From an uncultured Chloroflexia bacterium (GTDB lineage: Bacteria > Chloroflexota > Anaerolineae > CG2-30-64-16), in assembly GCA_963810095.1 (NCBI GenBank), contig CAWEMM010000010.1, positions 160,001 through 224,000 of the forward strand: a stretch of 64,000 bases of DNA, in the 5' to 3' direction. Position 1 is the first letter of the stretch; each line of letters opens with the position of its first letter. The notes below the pieces were generated by a model, which worked only from the letters and a program-made list of their open reading frames with translations, was not told the origin of the DNA and made no database searches. The position numbers and the translations under genes were made by a program. Positions 42,436-53,904 of this stretch are shown piece after piece.

Positions 42436-43572
42436 ATTTCCAGTCGCCTGGCCCACGACGTGCGTCGCGGTGCGATGCAAGGGCAGGCAGCCCTGGGCCG
42501 CGAGCGCGGGCGACGGTGCGGTGGCCTCGTCGGGCTTGTCGGAGAGGGCAACCATGAGGCAGCCCCGCGCCTTCAGCCACTCGCACGCCTCGAGGACCTC
42601 GCGCGTCATGCAGACCTCCTCGACCAGCCGCTGGGCCAGTTGCGCGTCGGCAGGCAGGTGCCCCATGCGCGAGACCGTCTCCTGGAACTCGCGCGTCCGG
42701 AATGCTTTGAAGGGGGTCAGGTCGCCGGCCAGCGTGCGCCGGTACACCTCGTCGTGAGTCGCCTGGACACCTTTGGGCATGGCGTCACGCTTTGCGTCCA
42801 TCATGGACATGAACTGGCGGAAATCTTTCAGCCTGCCGTCGCCGATCTGCGCCACCAACTCGTCCACCCCGATCATCCCTGCGCCCGTCATCAGGCAGGC
42901 GTAGGCGACGTTATCCTGGTTGTCGGCGGTGAACGGGTGATACTTGGACGTGTTGAGCACCGCGTAGGCCTGGCGGAACTCGCTCTCGCTGAAGCCGGGG
43001 CCGATCGCCTCGTTCAGCGTGGCCTGGATGGCGGCCACCCGCGCATGGTCGATCGACTTGTCGTTGCGCCCGCGTGCGCCCAGCGCAGTCTTGTCGATGT
43101 CGACGATGACGACCGTCCCGGCGTCCAGCGCAGCGCCGGCGGCCAGCGTCTGCCGGACAAAGTCGGCGACGGCGATCCAGCGGTTGGCTTCGTAGATGCC
43201 CTGCCCGGGCAACCCGTCTCGCTCTTTCATCTGGGGGTGCTCGTCTTTTTCGGCGGCGATCAGGCACCAGCCGGGCCAGCCGGTCAGCGTCCGCAGGTTG
43301 TGGAATGCGCCGCCGTCGCTGAGCAGGTTGTCGCCCAGGTAGAGGATCTCGCTCAGCGCGGGGCCCCGGGGCCGGGCGATGCCTTGCGCGTGGGTCAGCA
43401 GCCGCTCCAGCGCGCGCGCGTAGGCCATGTCCAGCTTGCGCGGGGGCACCGGTCCGTCCATGCCGATCTCATGCCAGATGTCGGCGTAGCGCGGGAGGCG
43501 GCTGTCGACCGCGTTCAGATCGCGATAAATCACCAGATCGCCGAACACATCGGCCAGGGAGCGTAATTCCAT
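42394..43572 (-). CDS. Hypothetical protein with HAD-like motifs
   Basis: VIVDIDKT (DxDxT), YLGD and ALSDKP motifs; 3' end runs into the repeat. Confidence 0.7.
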   Translation of the reverse strand: MELRSLADVFGDLVIYRDLNAVDSRLPRYADIWHEIGMDGPVPPRKLDMAYARALERLLTHAQGIARPRGPALSEILYLGDNLLSDGGAFHNLRTLTGWPGWCLIAAEKDEHPQMKERDGLPGQGIYEANRWIAVADFVRQTLAAGAALDAGTVVIVDIDKTALGARGRNDKSIDHARVAAIQATLNEAIGPGFSESEFRQAYAVLNTSKYHPFTADNQDNVAYACLMTGAGMIGVDELVAQIGDGRLKDFRQFMSMMDAKRDAMPKGVQATHDEVYRRTLAGDLTPFKAFRTREFQETVSRMGHLPADAQLAQRLVEEVCMTREVLEACEWLKARGCLMVALSDKPDEATAPSPALAAQGCLPLHRTATHVVGQATGNGTLIRLIGLIHLV

Positions 43573-43587
43573 GTGACCCTCATCTTC

Positions 43588-43660
43588 ACCACGAAGACAC
43601 CAAGTCACAAAGCTTCACAAAGCCTTCGTGACTCTTTGAGTCTTCGTGTCTTTGTGGTTA
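43588..43660. repeat. REP-like repeat, family A, abutting the asd stop codon
   Basis: caccacgaagacac...cttcgtgtctttgtggtta. Confidence 0.8.
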
Positions 43661-44806
43661 AAGCCAACCCTGTGCGTACAGCAGTTCCGCGTTGAGCAGC
43701 GCGCCGCCGGCTGCGCCGCGGATCGTGTTGTGACCTAGCACGATGAATTTGTAATCGAAGAGCGGGTCGGGGCGCAGGCGTCCCACGCTCGTCGCCATCC
43801 CGTGGCCGGCCAACCGGTCCAGCCGGGGCTGCGGCCGGTCCTGCTCGGTGTGCAGGACGATGGCCGGGTTGGGCGCCGTTGGCAGGCCCATGCGTTGGGG
43901 CTCGCCGGCGTAGGACGTGAAGGCTGCGGCCACGTCCTCCAGGGAGGCCTTCGCTTTCAGCTTGACGCTGACGGCTTCGAGGTGTCCGTTACGCACGGCC
44001 ACCCGGTTTGCCTGTGCGCTCACCAGGAAGTCGGCGAATTCGATGGCATCGGCCCCCAGCCGCCCCAACAGCTTGCGGGGCTCGATCTCGATCTTCTCTT
44101 CCTCGCCGCCGATGTAGGGCACGACGTTGTCCAGGATGTCGAGCGACGCGACGCCGGGATAGCCCGCGCCGGATAGAGCCTGCATCGTGACGACGTTGAC
44201 CGCCACCAGCCCGAACGCGTCGTGCAGCGGCTTGAGCGCGCAGACCAGGTGGGTGCTCGAGCAATTGGGGTTGGTGACGATGAAACCAACGCGGCCGCCT
44301 GCCGAACGCTTGCCCAGCGCCAACCGCTTGCGCTGCTGCGCATGGATGAGGGCAGTGTGTTCGGGGTTCACGTCGGGGATGAGCAGCGGCACGTCGGCAT
44401 CCATGCGGTGGGCAGACGCATTCGAGCAGACGGCAAAACCTGCATCGGCCAGCTCGTTTTCGACCAGCCCGGCCGCGCCGCCCGGAATGGCGGAGAACAG
44501 CAGGCGCACGTCGCCTGCCGCGCTTTCGATGGCGCCCGGCTCCGTCGGGATGAGCAGCATGTCCTGCACGTTCGCCGGCATGCCCCCCCGAAGGAGCCAC
44601 TTCGCCGCATCGCCGTAGCGCTTGCCGACCGAGCGGTCCGAGGCGGTCAGGCAGCCGATTTCGAACCACGGATGCCCGGCCAGCAGCTGCACGAAGCGCT
44701 GCCCCACCGCGCCCGTGGCGCCCACCACGCCGACCTTGATCTTTGGCTCGGGTCCTTTTGCGCGTTCCGTGGCGGCCTGCACTGCCGGATTTCTTGCTTC
44801 AGTCAT
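43658..44806 (-). CDS. asd: Aspartate-semialdehyde dehydrogenase (archaeal/eukaryal type)
   Basis: GATGAVGQRF, TNPNCS, MQALSGAGYPGV, HNTIRGAAG motifs. Confidence 0.95.
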   Translation of the reverse strand: MTEARNPAVQAATERAKGPEPKIKVGVVGATGAVGQRFVQLLAGHPWFEIGCLTASDRSVGKRYGDAAKWLLRGGMPANVQDMLLIPTEPGAIESAAGDVRLLFSAIPGGAAGLVENELADAGFAVCSNASAHRMDADVPLLIPDVNPEHTALIHAQQRKRLALGKRSAGGRVGFIVTNPNCSSTHLVCALKPLHDAFGLVAVNVVTMQALSGAGYPGVASLDILDNVVPYIGGEEEKIEIEPRKLLGRLGADAIEFADFLVSAQANRVAVRNGHLEAVSVKLKAKASLEDVAAAFTSYAGEPQRMGLPTAPNPAIVLHTEQDRPQPRLDRLAGHGMATSVGRLRPDPLFDYKFIVLGHNTIRGAAGGALLNAELLYAQGWL

Positions 44807-44807
44807 C

Positions 44808-45890
44808 TCAACCTCCCAACGTCTGCCCCAGGGCGACGATATCCGAATGCACGCCGGCCGCCGCCGCTTCCACCCCTGCGCCCCGCCCCTGCAGCACGAG
44901 CGGCGTGTCGGGGTAGTAGCGGGTGCGGAAGGCGACCAGGTTGTCGTTGCCGCGCAGCAAGCCGAGTGGGCTGTCCAGCGGCACAGCTTTCACGCCGACG
45001 CTCGCACGGCCGTCCTGCAGGCTGACCGCATAGCGCAGCGTGGCGCCGGTCGATGCCGCTTCGCGCGCTTGCTCGGCGCACTCGTCGTCCAAATCGGACA
45101 GCCGGTCGAGGAACTCTGCCATGGGCAGCCCGGCGAGGGCCGGCGGCACCAACGATTGGATGCCTACCTCGAGCAGTTCCATCTGCCAGCCGATGGTGCG
45201 CGCCAGGATCAGGGCCTTGCGTGCAACGTCCAGGCCCCCCAGGTCGATGCGGGGATCCGGCTCGGTGTAGCCGCGCGCCATCGCCTCGCGCACCTGGCCC
45301 GAGAACGGTTGGCCCTCCTGGATGCCCGTGTAGAGGAAGCCGAGCGTCCCGCTCAGCGCCCCTTCCACCGAGGCGATCACGTCGTCGGCCCGCATCAGCC
45401 CGAGGGTGGCCTCGATGATGGGCACCGCCGACCCGACCGTCGACTCGTAACGGAAGCGGCGGCTGCCCGCAAGCGAGTTGAACACTGCCTGGGGCCCGGT
45501 GAGTGGAATCTTGTTCGCCGTGACCGCGCCATAGCCGCGCTGGACGGCCAGCAGCAGCGCGGGCACCGTGGCCTCGCTGGCGGTCACGTCCACGACGATG
45601 GCGCGGTCCTGCCCGACCAGGTCCACGATCGCAGGGAGGTCCTGCTGGGGCGAACCGTACTCCGTGTTGGCGAACGAGTCACCCGCATGCTTGGCGGCCG
45701 ACACCGTGCGGAGCACCTCGGGCCACACGCCCTTTTCGTCGACGACGGCGCCGTCGCGGTCACACCAGGCGGCGATGCTCAGTGCGAGCGCATCACGCTC
45801 GGCGTGCAGCCCTGCCGAGCCGAGCAACTGGCGCACCAGCGCGCGGCCAACCTTGCCGGCGCCGAAGATGATCAACGGGACTCTTTTCAT
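44808..45890 (-). CDS. hom: Homoserine dehydrogenase
   Basis: GAGKVG, VTANK, YESTVGSAVP, SGTLG, GYTEPDPRIDLGGLDVARK motifs. Confidence 0.92.
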   Translation of the reverse strand: MKRVPLIIFGAGKVGRALVRQLLGSAGLHAERDALALSIAAWCDRDGAVVDEKGVWPEVLRTVSAAKHAGDSFANTEYGSPQQDLPAIVDLVGQDRAIVVDVTASEATVPALLLAVQRGYGAVTANKIPLTGPQAVFNSLAGSRRFRYESTVGSAVPIIEATLGLMRADDVIASVEGALSGTLGFLYTGIQEGQPFSGQVREAMARGYTEPDPRIDLGGLDVARKALILARTIGWQMELLEVGIQSLVPPALAGLPMAEFLDRLSDLDDECAEQAREAASTGATLRYAVSLQDGRASVGVKAVPLDSPLGLLRGNDNLVAFRTRYYPDTPLVLQGRGAGVEAAAAGVHSDIVALGQTLGG

Positions 45891-45907
45891 AGTTCCAGCT
45901 TTCGAAC

Positions 45908-45994
45908 GGGACGCAGATTGAACCGATTGGACTGATTGACCTGATCGAAGGGTAGGGATCATCTACATCAGTCTTATCAGTCCGATCAGCGTCC
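45908..45994. repeat. REP-like repeat, family B
   Basis: gggacgcagattgaaccgattggactgat...atcagtccgatcagcgtcc. Confidence 0.75.
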
Positions 45995-47412
45995 TATTTT
46001 GTCTCGCCCAGCGCAAATGCGTCGTGAATATAGCGAATGCCGGCGTCGGCGTCGCCCGCGGCCAGGGCCAGCGAGATGTTCGTCTCGGAGGAACCCTGCG
46101 CGACGGCGATCACGTTCACGCGCTTCTCGCCCAGCGCAGAGAACAGGCGGGCGGCGATGCCCGGCGTGCCGCGCATCCCTTCGCCGACGATGGCTACGAT
46201 CACCACGTCCGGCTCGATCGTGACCCGGTCGATCAGGCGGCGCTTGATCTCTTCGCCGAAGGCCCGCTCCAGCGCGTCGCAGACCGGCTCGGCGTCGGCC
46301 TCGGGCACGACGAAGCAGATGCTCTGCTCGGAGGATGCCTGCGAGATCATCAGGACGTTGGCGCCCCGCTGTGCGACCGCCGCGAAGGTGCGCGCCGCAA
46401 TGCCCGGCACGCCCATCATGCCGCGGCCGGCGACCGTCACCAGCGCCAGCCCCCGGATGACCGTCAGCGCCTTGACCGTGCCCCCGTTCGACGACTTGGG
46501 GACGACGCGCGTGCCGGGAAAGCCGGGGTTGAAGGTGTTGCGGACGCTGATGACGATGCCCCGGTCGATCGCGGGGAGCATGGTCTTCGGGTGCAGCACC
46601 TTCGCCCCGAAATAGGCCAGTTCGGCGGCCTCACCGTACGTCAGCTCGGCCAACGGCTGCGCATCCTTGACGATGCGCGGGTCTGCCGTCAGCACCCCGT
46701 CCACGTCGGTCCAGATCTGGATTTCGTCCGCGTCGAGCGCGGCCCCCAGAATCGCGGCGGAGTAGTCCGAGCCGCCCCGGCCGAGGACGGTGGGCACGCC
46801 CTGCGGCGTCGCCGCGACGAAGCCGGTCACGACCGGAACGACGCCCTTTTCCAGCAGCGGCAGCAGGCGGCTGCGGGTGGCCGTCCGTGTCGCTTCCATG
46901 TCAGGAGCCGCCGAGGCGTGGTTGTCGTCCGTGACGATCAGTGCGCCGTCTGGCGACCCCGCATCCACGGCTTCGGCCTCGAGGCCCCGGGCGCGCATGG
47001 CCGCGGCCAGAATGGGCGCCATGAGCCGCTCGCCCAGGCCGGAAATGACCGCAAGCCCGCGGTCCGTCAGTTCGCCCAGGATTGCGACGGCCATGCACAA
47101 GCGCTCGAACTCGCGCACGCGCTCGTCGGTTTGCGCCTGGAGCACGGCAAGGTCGTCCAGATCGTGCACGAGCGCCTCGGCCGCATCGCGGTGCCGGCCG
47201 ATCAGCGTCTGGCGGGCGTCCCGGTAGGCCTGCCGGTCGCCCCGGGCAGCGGCGTTGGCCGAGTTGATCAACAGGTCAGTCACCCCCCGCATGGCGGAGG
47301 TGACGGCGACGATCTGCTGATCCTTGCGCCGCTGGTCTGCGAGAATGCTGACGACCTGGTTGATGGCCTTCGCGTCGTTGACCGACGTTCCGCCAAACTT
47401 GAGCACTTGCAT
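45994..47412 (-). CDS. lysC: Aspartate kinase with two ACT domains
   Basis: VLKFGGTSV, LGRGGSDYSA, WTDVDG, ELAYFGAKVLHP, ISQASSE and AQGSSE (ThrA-like ACT domains). Confidence 0.93.
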   Translation of the reverse strand: MQVLKFGGTSVNDAKAINQVVSILADQRRKDQQIVAVTSAMRGVTDLLINSANAAARGDRQAYRDARQTLIGRHRDAAEALVHDLDDLAVLQAQTDERVREFERLCMAVAILGELTDRGLAVISGLGERLMAPILAAAMRARGLEAEAVDAGSPDGALIVTDDNHASAAPDMEATRTATRSRLLPLLEKGVVPVVTGFVAATPQGVPTVLGRGGSDYSAAILGAALDADEIQIWTDVDGVLTADPRIVKDAQPLAELTYGEAAELAYFGAKVLHPKTMLPAIDRGIVISVRNTFNPGFPGTRVVPKSSNGGTVKALTVIRGLALVTVAGRGMMGVPGIAARTFAAVAQRGANVLMISQASSEQSICFVVPEADAEPVCDALERAFGEEIKRRLIDRVTIEPDVVIVAIVGEGMRGTPGIAARLFSALGEKRVNVIAVAQGSSETNISLALAAGDADAGIRYIHDAFALGETK

Positions 47413-47430
47413 GAAACCCTCTCCTCCTCA

Positions 47431-47730
47431 GAAAACGAAAAAGCTCCTCGCCGTTGGGGCGAGGAGCTTCGCGGTTCCACCCAATATTATCCTGCCGGCA
47501 CGTCTCGCGTAAGCAGGCATCTTACAGAGCCGTAACGTGGCTGGGCGGAGCGCCATACACTCCCCGGTCGGCCATCGTCGTGAAGGGCCGTCGGCCGGAT
47601 TTGTGGCGCTCGCTCTCGGGGGGTTTTCGGTGGTTGCCGGGCGAAGGCGGGTTTACACTCGTCGGCTTTCAGCCGATGACCCGCCGTCTCTGCCGCCGTT
47701 TCGCCGCCTACTCGTCCCGATCGACGCTTT
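47431..47730 (-). ncRNA. T-box riboswitch, probably Thr (ACC specifier)
   Basis: Minus strand stem I with AGTA, CAGAGA and GCTGAAA boxes; GAA-A-ACC specifier region; T-box GGGTGGAACCGCG; terminator AAGCTCCTCGCC...GGCGAGGAGC followed by TTTTT. Confidence 0.9.
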
Positions 47731-47750
47731 CGGTATCAAAAGTTGGACGG

Positions 47751-47778
47751 ATTATAACGGCTGCGGCCGGCTTGTCAA
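47751..47778 (-). promoter_or_regulatory. Promoter of the T-box/aspartokinase operon
   Basis: Minus strand TTGACA-N16-TATAAT. Confidence 0.8.
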
Positions 47779-47843
47779 ATCGCAAATTGCGCATAAAGGG
47801 TGCCTCACTCCACCGGCTCGACGAGCCGGGTGTTCCGCAGCAT

Positions 47844-48848
47844 TCAGGTCTTGACCAAGTTGACCCAATAGTCGATCACCTCGAAGCCGCGGCGGCGGAA
47901 GAGCGAAAAGGCTTCGGCATTGTCCTTCGTGTGCACGTGCACTTCGACCGAGACGTAACCACGGTTAGCCATCTCGGCCAGCGCCCGGTCGAGCAGGAAC
48001 GAACCGAACCGTAAGCCCCGGTACTGCCGCGCCAGCCCAATCCACGCCAGCGCGGCGATGGTCGGGTCGGGCATAGGATACCAGGCGATGCTCCCGACAG
48101 CCCGGTTGCCATCCGCAACGACGAGGCCCTGGTAACGCCGGCCCGCATTGTTGCCCCACGCCCGCAGTTGGTAAACCGGCTCGTCGCCCTGCCACGGCGA
48201 GCGTTCGTCGATCGACACCAGGCGCAGGTCGCGCTGGCCCAGCCCCGGATCGTCGGGCCGCTCGCGGTCGTGGAGCGAGGCCGACATGGTCACGTCGCCC
48301 GGGCTGCTGACCTGGTAGCCCCGCTTGTTGAGCCATGCGACGAGGTCCCGGTCGTTCACCGCGCTGATCGCCATGCTCTCGGTCGAGCCGTACCAGGGCG
48401 CCCACAGCCGCTCCATGATCCCGTAGAAGGGTGCGTTCTGCGCTGCGAAGTACATGGGGCAGTAGTAGAGGTAGTTTTCCGCCGCATTAAGAAGTCGGGT
48501 GCCCAGGCGCTGCTTGCGATAGCGGGGGTCGACAGCCAGCCAGGCGACATGATGGCGGGGTTCGGCCGAACGGTTGGCCGGAATGGCGCTCGCCGGCTTG
48601 ATGGCATGGACCGCGCCGGCGAGCCGGTCGCCGTCCATGCCCAGGATCAGGCCGCCCGGGTCGAAGGCCGGTTGCACCAGCACGCGCTCCGCAAAGTCGG
48701 CGACGGTGATCGGCGCATAATGGCGATGGCCGGCGAACGCCTCATTCAGAAAGTCGATGAGCGCGGGCAGGTGCTCCGGGCTGAAGTGACGGAGCTTGAC
48801 CGTGGCCTGGGTCTGAACATCGTTGTTGTTTGTCGTAGCGCTGGTCAC
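47844..48848 (-). CDS. Tandem-domain GNAT acetyltransferase
   Basis: Two acetyl-CoA motifs: VDPRYRKQRLGTRLL and YRGLRFGSFLL...NAEAFSLFRRRGF. Confidence 0.85.
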   Translation of the reverse strand: MTSATTNNNDVQTQATVKLRHFSPEHLPALIDFLNEAFAGHRHYAPITVADFAERVLVQPAFDPGGLILGMDGDRLAGAVHAIKPASAIPANRSAEPRHHVAWLAVDPRYRKQRLGTRLLNAAENYLYYCPMYFAAQNAPFYGIMERLWAPWYGSTESMAISAVNDRDLVAWLNKRGYQVSSPGDVTMSASLHDRERPDDPGLGQRDLRLVSIDERSPWQGDEPVYQLRAWGNNAGRRYQGLVVADGNRAVGSIAWYPMPDPTIAALAWIGLARQYRGLRFGSFLLDRALAEMANRGYVSVEVHVHTKDNAEAFSLFRRRGFEVIDYWVNLVKT

Positions 48849-48850
48849 TC

Positions 48851-49902
48851 TTACGTCCCTACATAGCGTGCATAAAGGGTGGCCGCCTGGACTTCGTCCT
48901 GCGTGCCCTTGATGATCGCCCGGCCATCGGGGAACACGGTGAACTCGTGGCCGTCCACGTTGGCCCGCAGCAGGAAGGGGTTGCTTGCGCACGTCCGTCG
49001 CCCCGCCCAGCCGCAGCCGCTCGGCCAGGTCGTCCAGCGACATGCCCTCGCCGGTGCCGGCCCCGCGGCTGCCGGCCACCGACACCTGCACCGCATCCCG
49101 GCCGCACAAGGACGTCGTCCGCGTGCCCGCTTCCGCGTTCAAGAACTCGTATTCGTGGGTGCCGCACGTCGGACAATCGGGCCGCGGCGGGCCGAGCTCG
49201 AACTTGTCATACGAGCTATCCCACAGGTCGACGTGGACCATGCCGGTGTTGATTTCCCCCTTGCCGACGATCAGCTTGATCGCTTCGGCCGCGGCGATCG
49301 AGCCCATCAAGCGACACGATGGGGCCGGTAATGCCTGCCGTGTCGCAGGTGGCGACCGTGCCGGGCGCGGGCAGCTCGCCCATGATGCAGCGCAGGCAGG
49401 GGGTGACGCCGGGCCTGACCGTGTGGGTCATGCCGTAGGAGGCCAGTACGCCGGAGTAAACCCACGGCTTGCCCAGCTTGACGCACGCGTCGTTGAGCAG
49501 GTAGCGGGTGGAGAAGTTGTCCGTGCCGTCGAGGACGACGTCGGCATCCGAGATCAGGCCGACGACGTTGGTCGGGTTGACGTCCGTAACGATGTCCTCG
49601 ATCTCGATCGAGCTGTTGATCCGGCGCAGCTTGCGCGCCGCGGCAACCGCCTTCGGCAGCATCTGGGCCAGGTCGTCCTCGTCGTACAGGAGCTGGCGCT
49701 GCAGGTTATTCAGCTCGACAAAGTCGCGATCGACGATGCGCAGGTGGCCCACGCCGGCCCGCGCCAGGTGGTTCGCCAGCACCGAGCCCGTCGCGCCGAC
49801 GCCGATGATCGTGACGTGTGCATCCAGCAGCCGGCGCTGCCCGTCCTCGCCAATGCCGGGAAAGATTGTTTGTCGCGCATACCGCGCCAGATTAGGTTCC
49901 AT
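48851..49902 (-). CDS. ThiF/MoeB family adenylyltransferase (two frameshifts)
   Basis: RYARQ, GVGATGS, DRDFVELNNLQRQ, DGTDN, CLRC and CPTC motifs; C-terminal FPDGRAIIKG. Confidence 0.9.
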
Positions 49903-49913
49903 AAGAGGGATTT

Positions 49914-49964
49914 TACCACAGAAGGACATGAAGAAACCAGGTTTCTGCCAGAAACCTGGTTTCT
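49914..49964. repeat. REP-like repeat, family C doublet (with an A-like arm)
   Basis: agaaaccaggtttctgccagaaacctggtttct. Confidence 0.75.
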
Positions 49965-49969
49965 ATCGC

Positions 49970-51880
<1,911 letters not shown>

Positions 51881-51975
51881 GGCAGTCCTCCGTTCGTCCA
51901 GATCATGCGTCGCGCAAATTATAAACAAGGGCGGCGCAAGGTGCAATGTGGCGTCACCGGCCGAGCGCTTGCGAA

Positions 51976-52003
51976 TTGACAGTGTCGTATATGATGGTAA
52001 TAT
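51976..52003 (+). promoter_or_regulatory. Promoter of brnTA (likely leaderless transcript)
   Basis: TTGACA-N16-TAATAT with extended TG; GTG start follows after a 6-nt gap. Confidence 0.7.
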
Positions 52004-52009
52004 ACAAGC

Positions 52010-52309
52010 GTGATCAATACGGACCAGTTTGACGGGTTTGATTGGGATGCCGGGAACAGCGAGAAGAACTGGCTCAAGCACGGCGTAACGCCGGCGGAGT
52101 GCGAGGAAGTTTTCTTCAACCAGCCTTTGCTGGTGGCGTCCGACCCCTCACACTCGGAGCGAGAGCCCCGCTACTTCGCGTTGGGCCGGACTGACGGGGA
52201 GAGGCAGTTGTTCGTCGCCTTCACCGGGCGGGGAACGAAAATTCGGGTTATCTCGGCGCGCGATATGAGCCGTAGGGAAAGAGCGATCTATGCTAAAGCC
52301 AATTCCTGA
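52010..52309 (+). CDS. BrnT family toxin
   Basis: FDWD..N..KN..KHGV, EEVF, RYFALG, IRVISAR motifs. Confidence 0.92.
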   Translation: MINTDQFDGFDWDAGNSEKNWLKHGVTPAECEEVFFNQPLLVASDPSHSEREPRYFALGRTDGERQLFVAFTGRGTKIRVISARDMSRRERAIYAKANS

Positions 52310-52565
52310 CTTTGAAAATGAGGACGCGGAGCGCGAGTTTTGGGCCGAGCATGACTCGGCCGAATACGTGGATTGGAGCAGCGCGTGGCCGGTCGCCTAT
52401 CCGCAGCTCAAGCCGACCACGAGGACGATCTCGCTGCGCGTGCCGGAATCGATGTTGAACGAACTGAAGCTGCTGGCAAACAAGCGGGACGTGCCATACC
52501 AGTCGCTCATCAAAATCTTTCTGCGCGAGCGCATCGACCGGGAGCTCAAGCGCACCGGAAGTTAG
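52290..52565 (+). CDS. BrnA/CopG family antitoxin
   Basis: [27 protein letters not shown] motifs; overlaps the toxin gene. Confidence 0.9.
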   Translation: MLKPIPDFENEDAEREFWAEHDSAEYVDWSSAWPVAYPQLKPTTRTISLRVPESMLNELKLLANKRDVPYQSLIKIFLRERIDRELKRTGS

Positions 52566-52678
52566 CCTCGGCCTCCCCCCTGGCCTACGGCAGAGCGTAG
52601 GTGGGGGGACTGTCCTTACTAGCGTCCCTCCGCCTCTACCACGCCAATTTCCTCCTCCGTGGCCCGAAGTGTCTCCAT

Positions 52679-52758
52679 TCGTTCTATCTTTCACAATATG
52701 ATAAGTGATATTTGACACGAACAGGGCTTGCGTTATAATTCGTACTAATAGGAACGAA
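52679..52758 (+). promoter_or_regulatory. rex promoter with candidate Rex operators
   Basis: TTGACA (52712)-N16-TATAAT (52734); 18-mers TCGTTCTATCTTTCACAA, AAGTGATATTTGACACGA and TCGTACTAATAGGAACGA resemble TTGTGAA-N4-TTCACAA. Confidence 0.6.
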
Positions 52759-52820
52759 CTGGTCGACCCCATCATTTGTCTAGCACTGCCGCTCTCGTCG
52801 ACGTCGAAAGGAGCGCACCT

Positions 52821-53477
52821 GTGACCGATACCACCTCCCGCCAGAGCGGGATTCCGGCGCCCAGCCTGCGGCGCCTGCCGGTGTACTACCGCCGGCTGGT
52901 GCAGGCGCTCGAGCAAGGGCGCAGCAATGTTTCTTCAAAAGAACTCGGCGATGCGGCCGGGGTGCCGGATGCGCAGGTGCGCAAGGACCTGGGCTATCTC
53001 TCATACGAAGGGCGGCCCGGGGTAGGTTACGACGTCCGCCTGCTGGCAGCGTGCCTCGAGGAGTTCCTGGGCCTGGCAAACGACAAGGATGCGGTGCTGG
53101 TCGGCCTCGGAAACCTGGGCCGGGCGCTGGTGTACTATCCGGGTTTTGAGCGCTACGGGCTGCACATTATTGCGGTGTTCGACAGCGATCCCGCCAAGCA
53201 GGGGCGCCTCCCTGATGGGAGGCAAGTGTTCCCCGCCGAGAAGCTGACCGACCTGGTGAGCCGGCTGCAGATTCGCATTGGGATCATTACGGTGCCAGAG
53301 GCAGCCGCACAAGCCGTCGCGGACGCGCTGATCGCGGGTGGGGTGCAGGTCATCTGGAATTTTGCGTCGTGCAAGCTGAACGTGCCGCGCGACATCTTGC
53401 TGAAGAATGAGGACCTGGCCGCCGAGTTGGCGACCTTGTCCCATCACATCACGCAGCGCAAGCTGGGAGCGGGCTGA
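52821..53477 (+). CDS. rex: Redox-sensing transcriptional repressor Rex
   Basis: RRLPVYYR, SSKEL, QVRKDL, GRPGVGY, GLGNLGRAL, IWNF motifs. Confidence 0.96.
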   Translation: MTDTTSRQSGIPAPSLRRLPVYYRRLVQALEQGRSNVSSKELGDAAGVPDAQVRKDLGYLSYEGRPGVGYDVRLLAACLEEFLGLANDKDAVLVGLGNLGRALVYYPGFERYGLHIIAVFDSDPAKQGRLPDGRQVFPAEKLTDLVSRLQIRIGIITVPEAAAQAVADALIAGGVQVIWNFASCKLNVPRDILLKNEDLAAELATLSHHITQRKLGAG

Positions 53478-53478
53478 G

Positions 53479-53610
53479 TAACCACAAAGTCACCGAAGAC
53501 ACGAAGGGTCACGAAGTTTTGGGGAGCCTTGAAGATATCGGGTTCTTCGAAGAAACCAAGGGCCTGGTTAGGGCCTCTGTGGACTTAGCGCCTTAGTGGC
53601 TTCGTGGTGA
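53479..53610. repeat. REP-like repeat, family A, enclosing a degenerate family C copy
   Basis: taaccacaaagtcaccgaagacacgaag...cttagtggcttcgtggtga. Confidence 0.7.
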
Positions 53611-53640
53611 AGAAGCCCGTCGGCGGCAAATGGAGAAGGA

Positions 53641-53904
53641 ATGCTATCTATCGTCGTGTGCGTGGGCAGTTCGTGCTACGTTCGGGGGTCCGAGGGTCTC
53701 GCCGAGACGTTCGATGCGCTCATCCGGCAGCACGGGCTGGCTGCGACGGTGGAAGTGACGGGCGCGTTCTGCATGGACCAATGCTCGATGGGCGTGTCCG
53801 TTCGGGTGGGCGACAAGCTCTACCGCTGCGTCGACCCCCAGAACGCGCTGTCGTTCTTCGAGCACGAGGTGATGCCCTGCCTGAAGGAGCCGGCGCAAGC
53901 ATGA
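53641..53904 (+). CDS. Thioredoxin-like [2Fe-2S] ferredoxin (HfsA-like)
   Basis: VCVGSSCYVRG and FCMDQC cysteine pattern. Confidence 0.85.
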   Translation: MLSIVVCVGSSCYVRGSEGLAETFDALIRQHGLAATVEVTGAFCMDQCSMGVSVRVGDKLYRCVDPQNALSFFEHEVMPCLKEPAQA

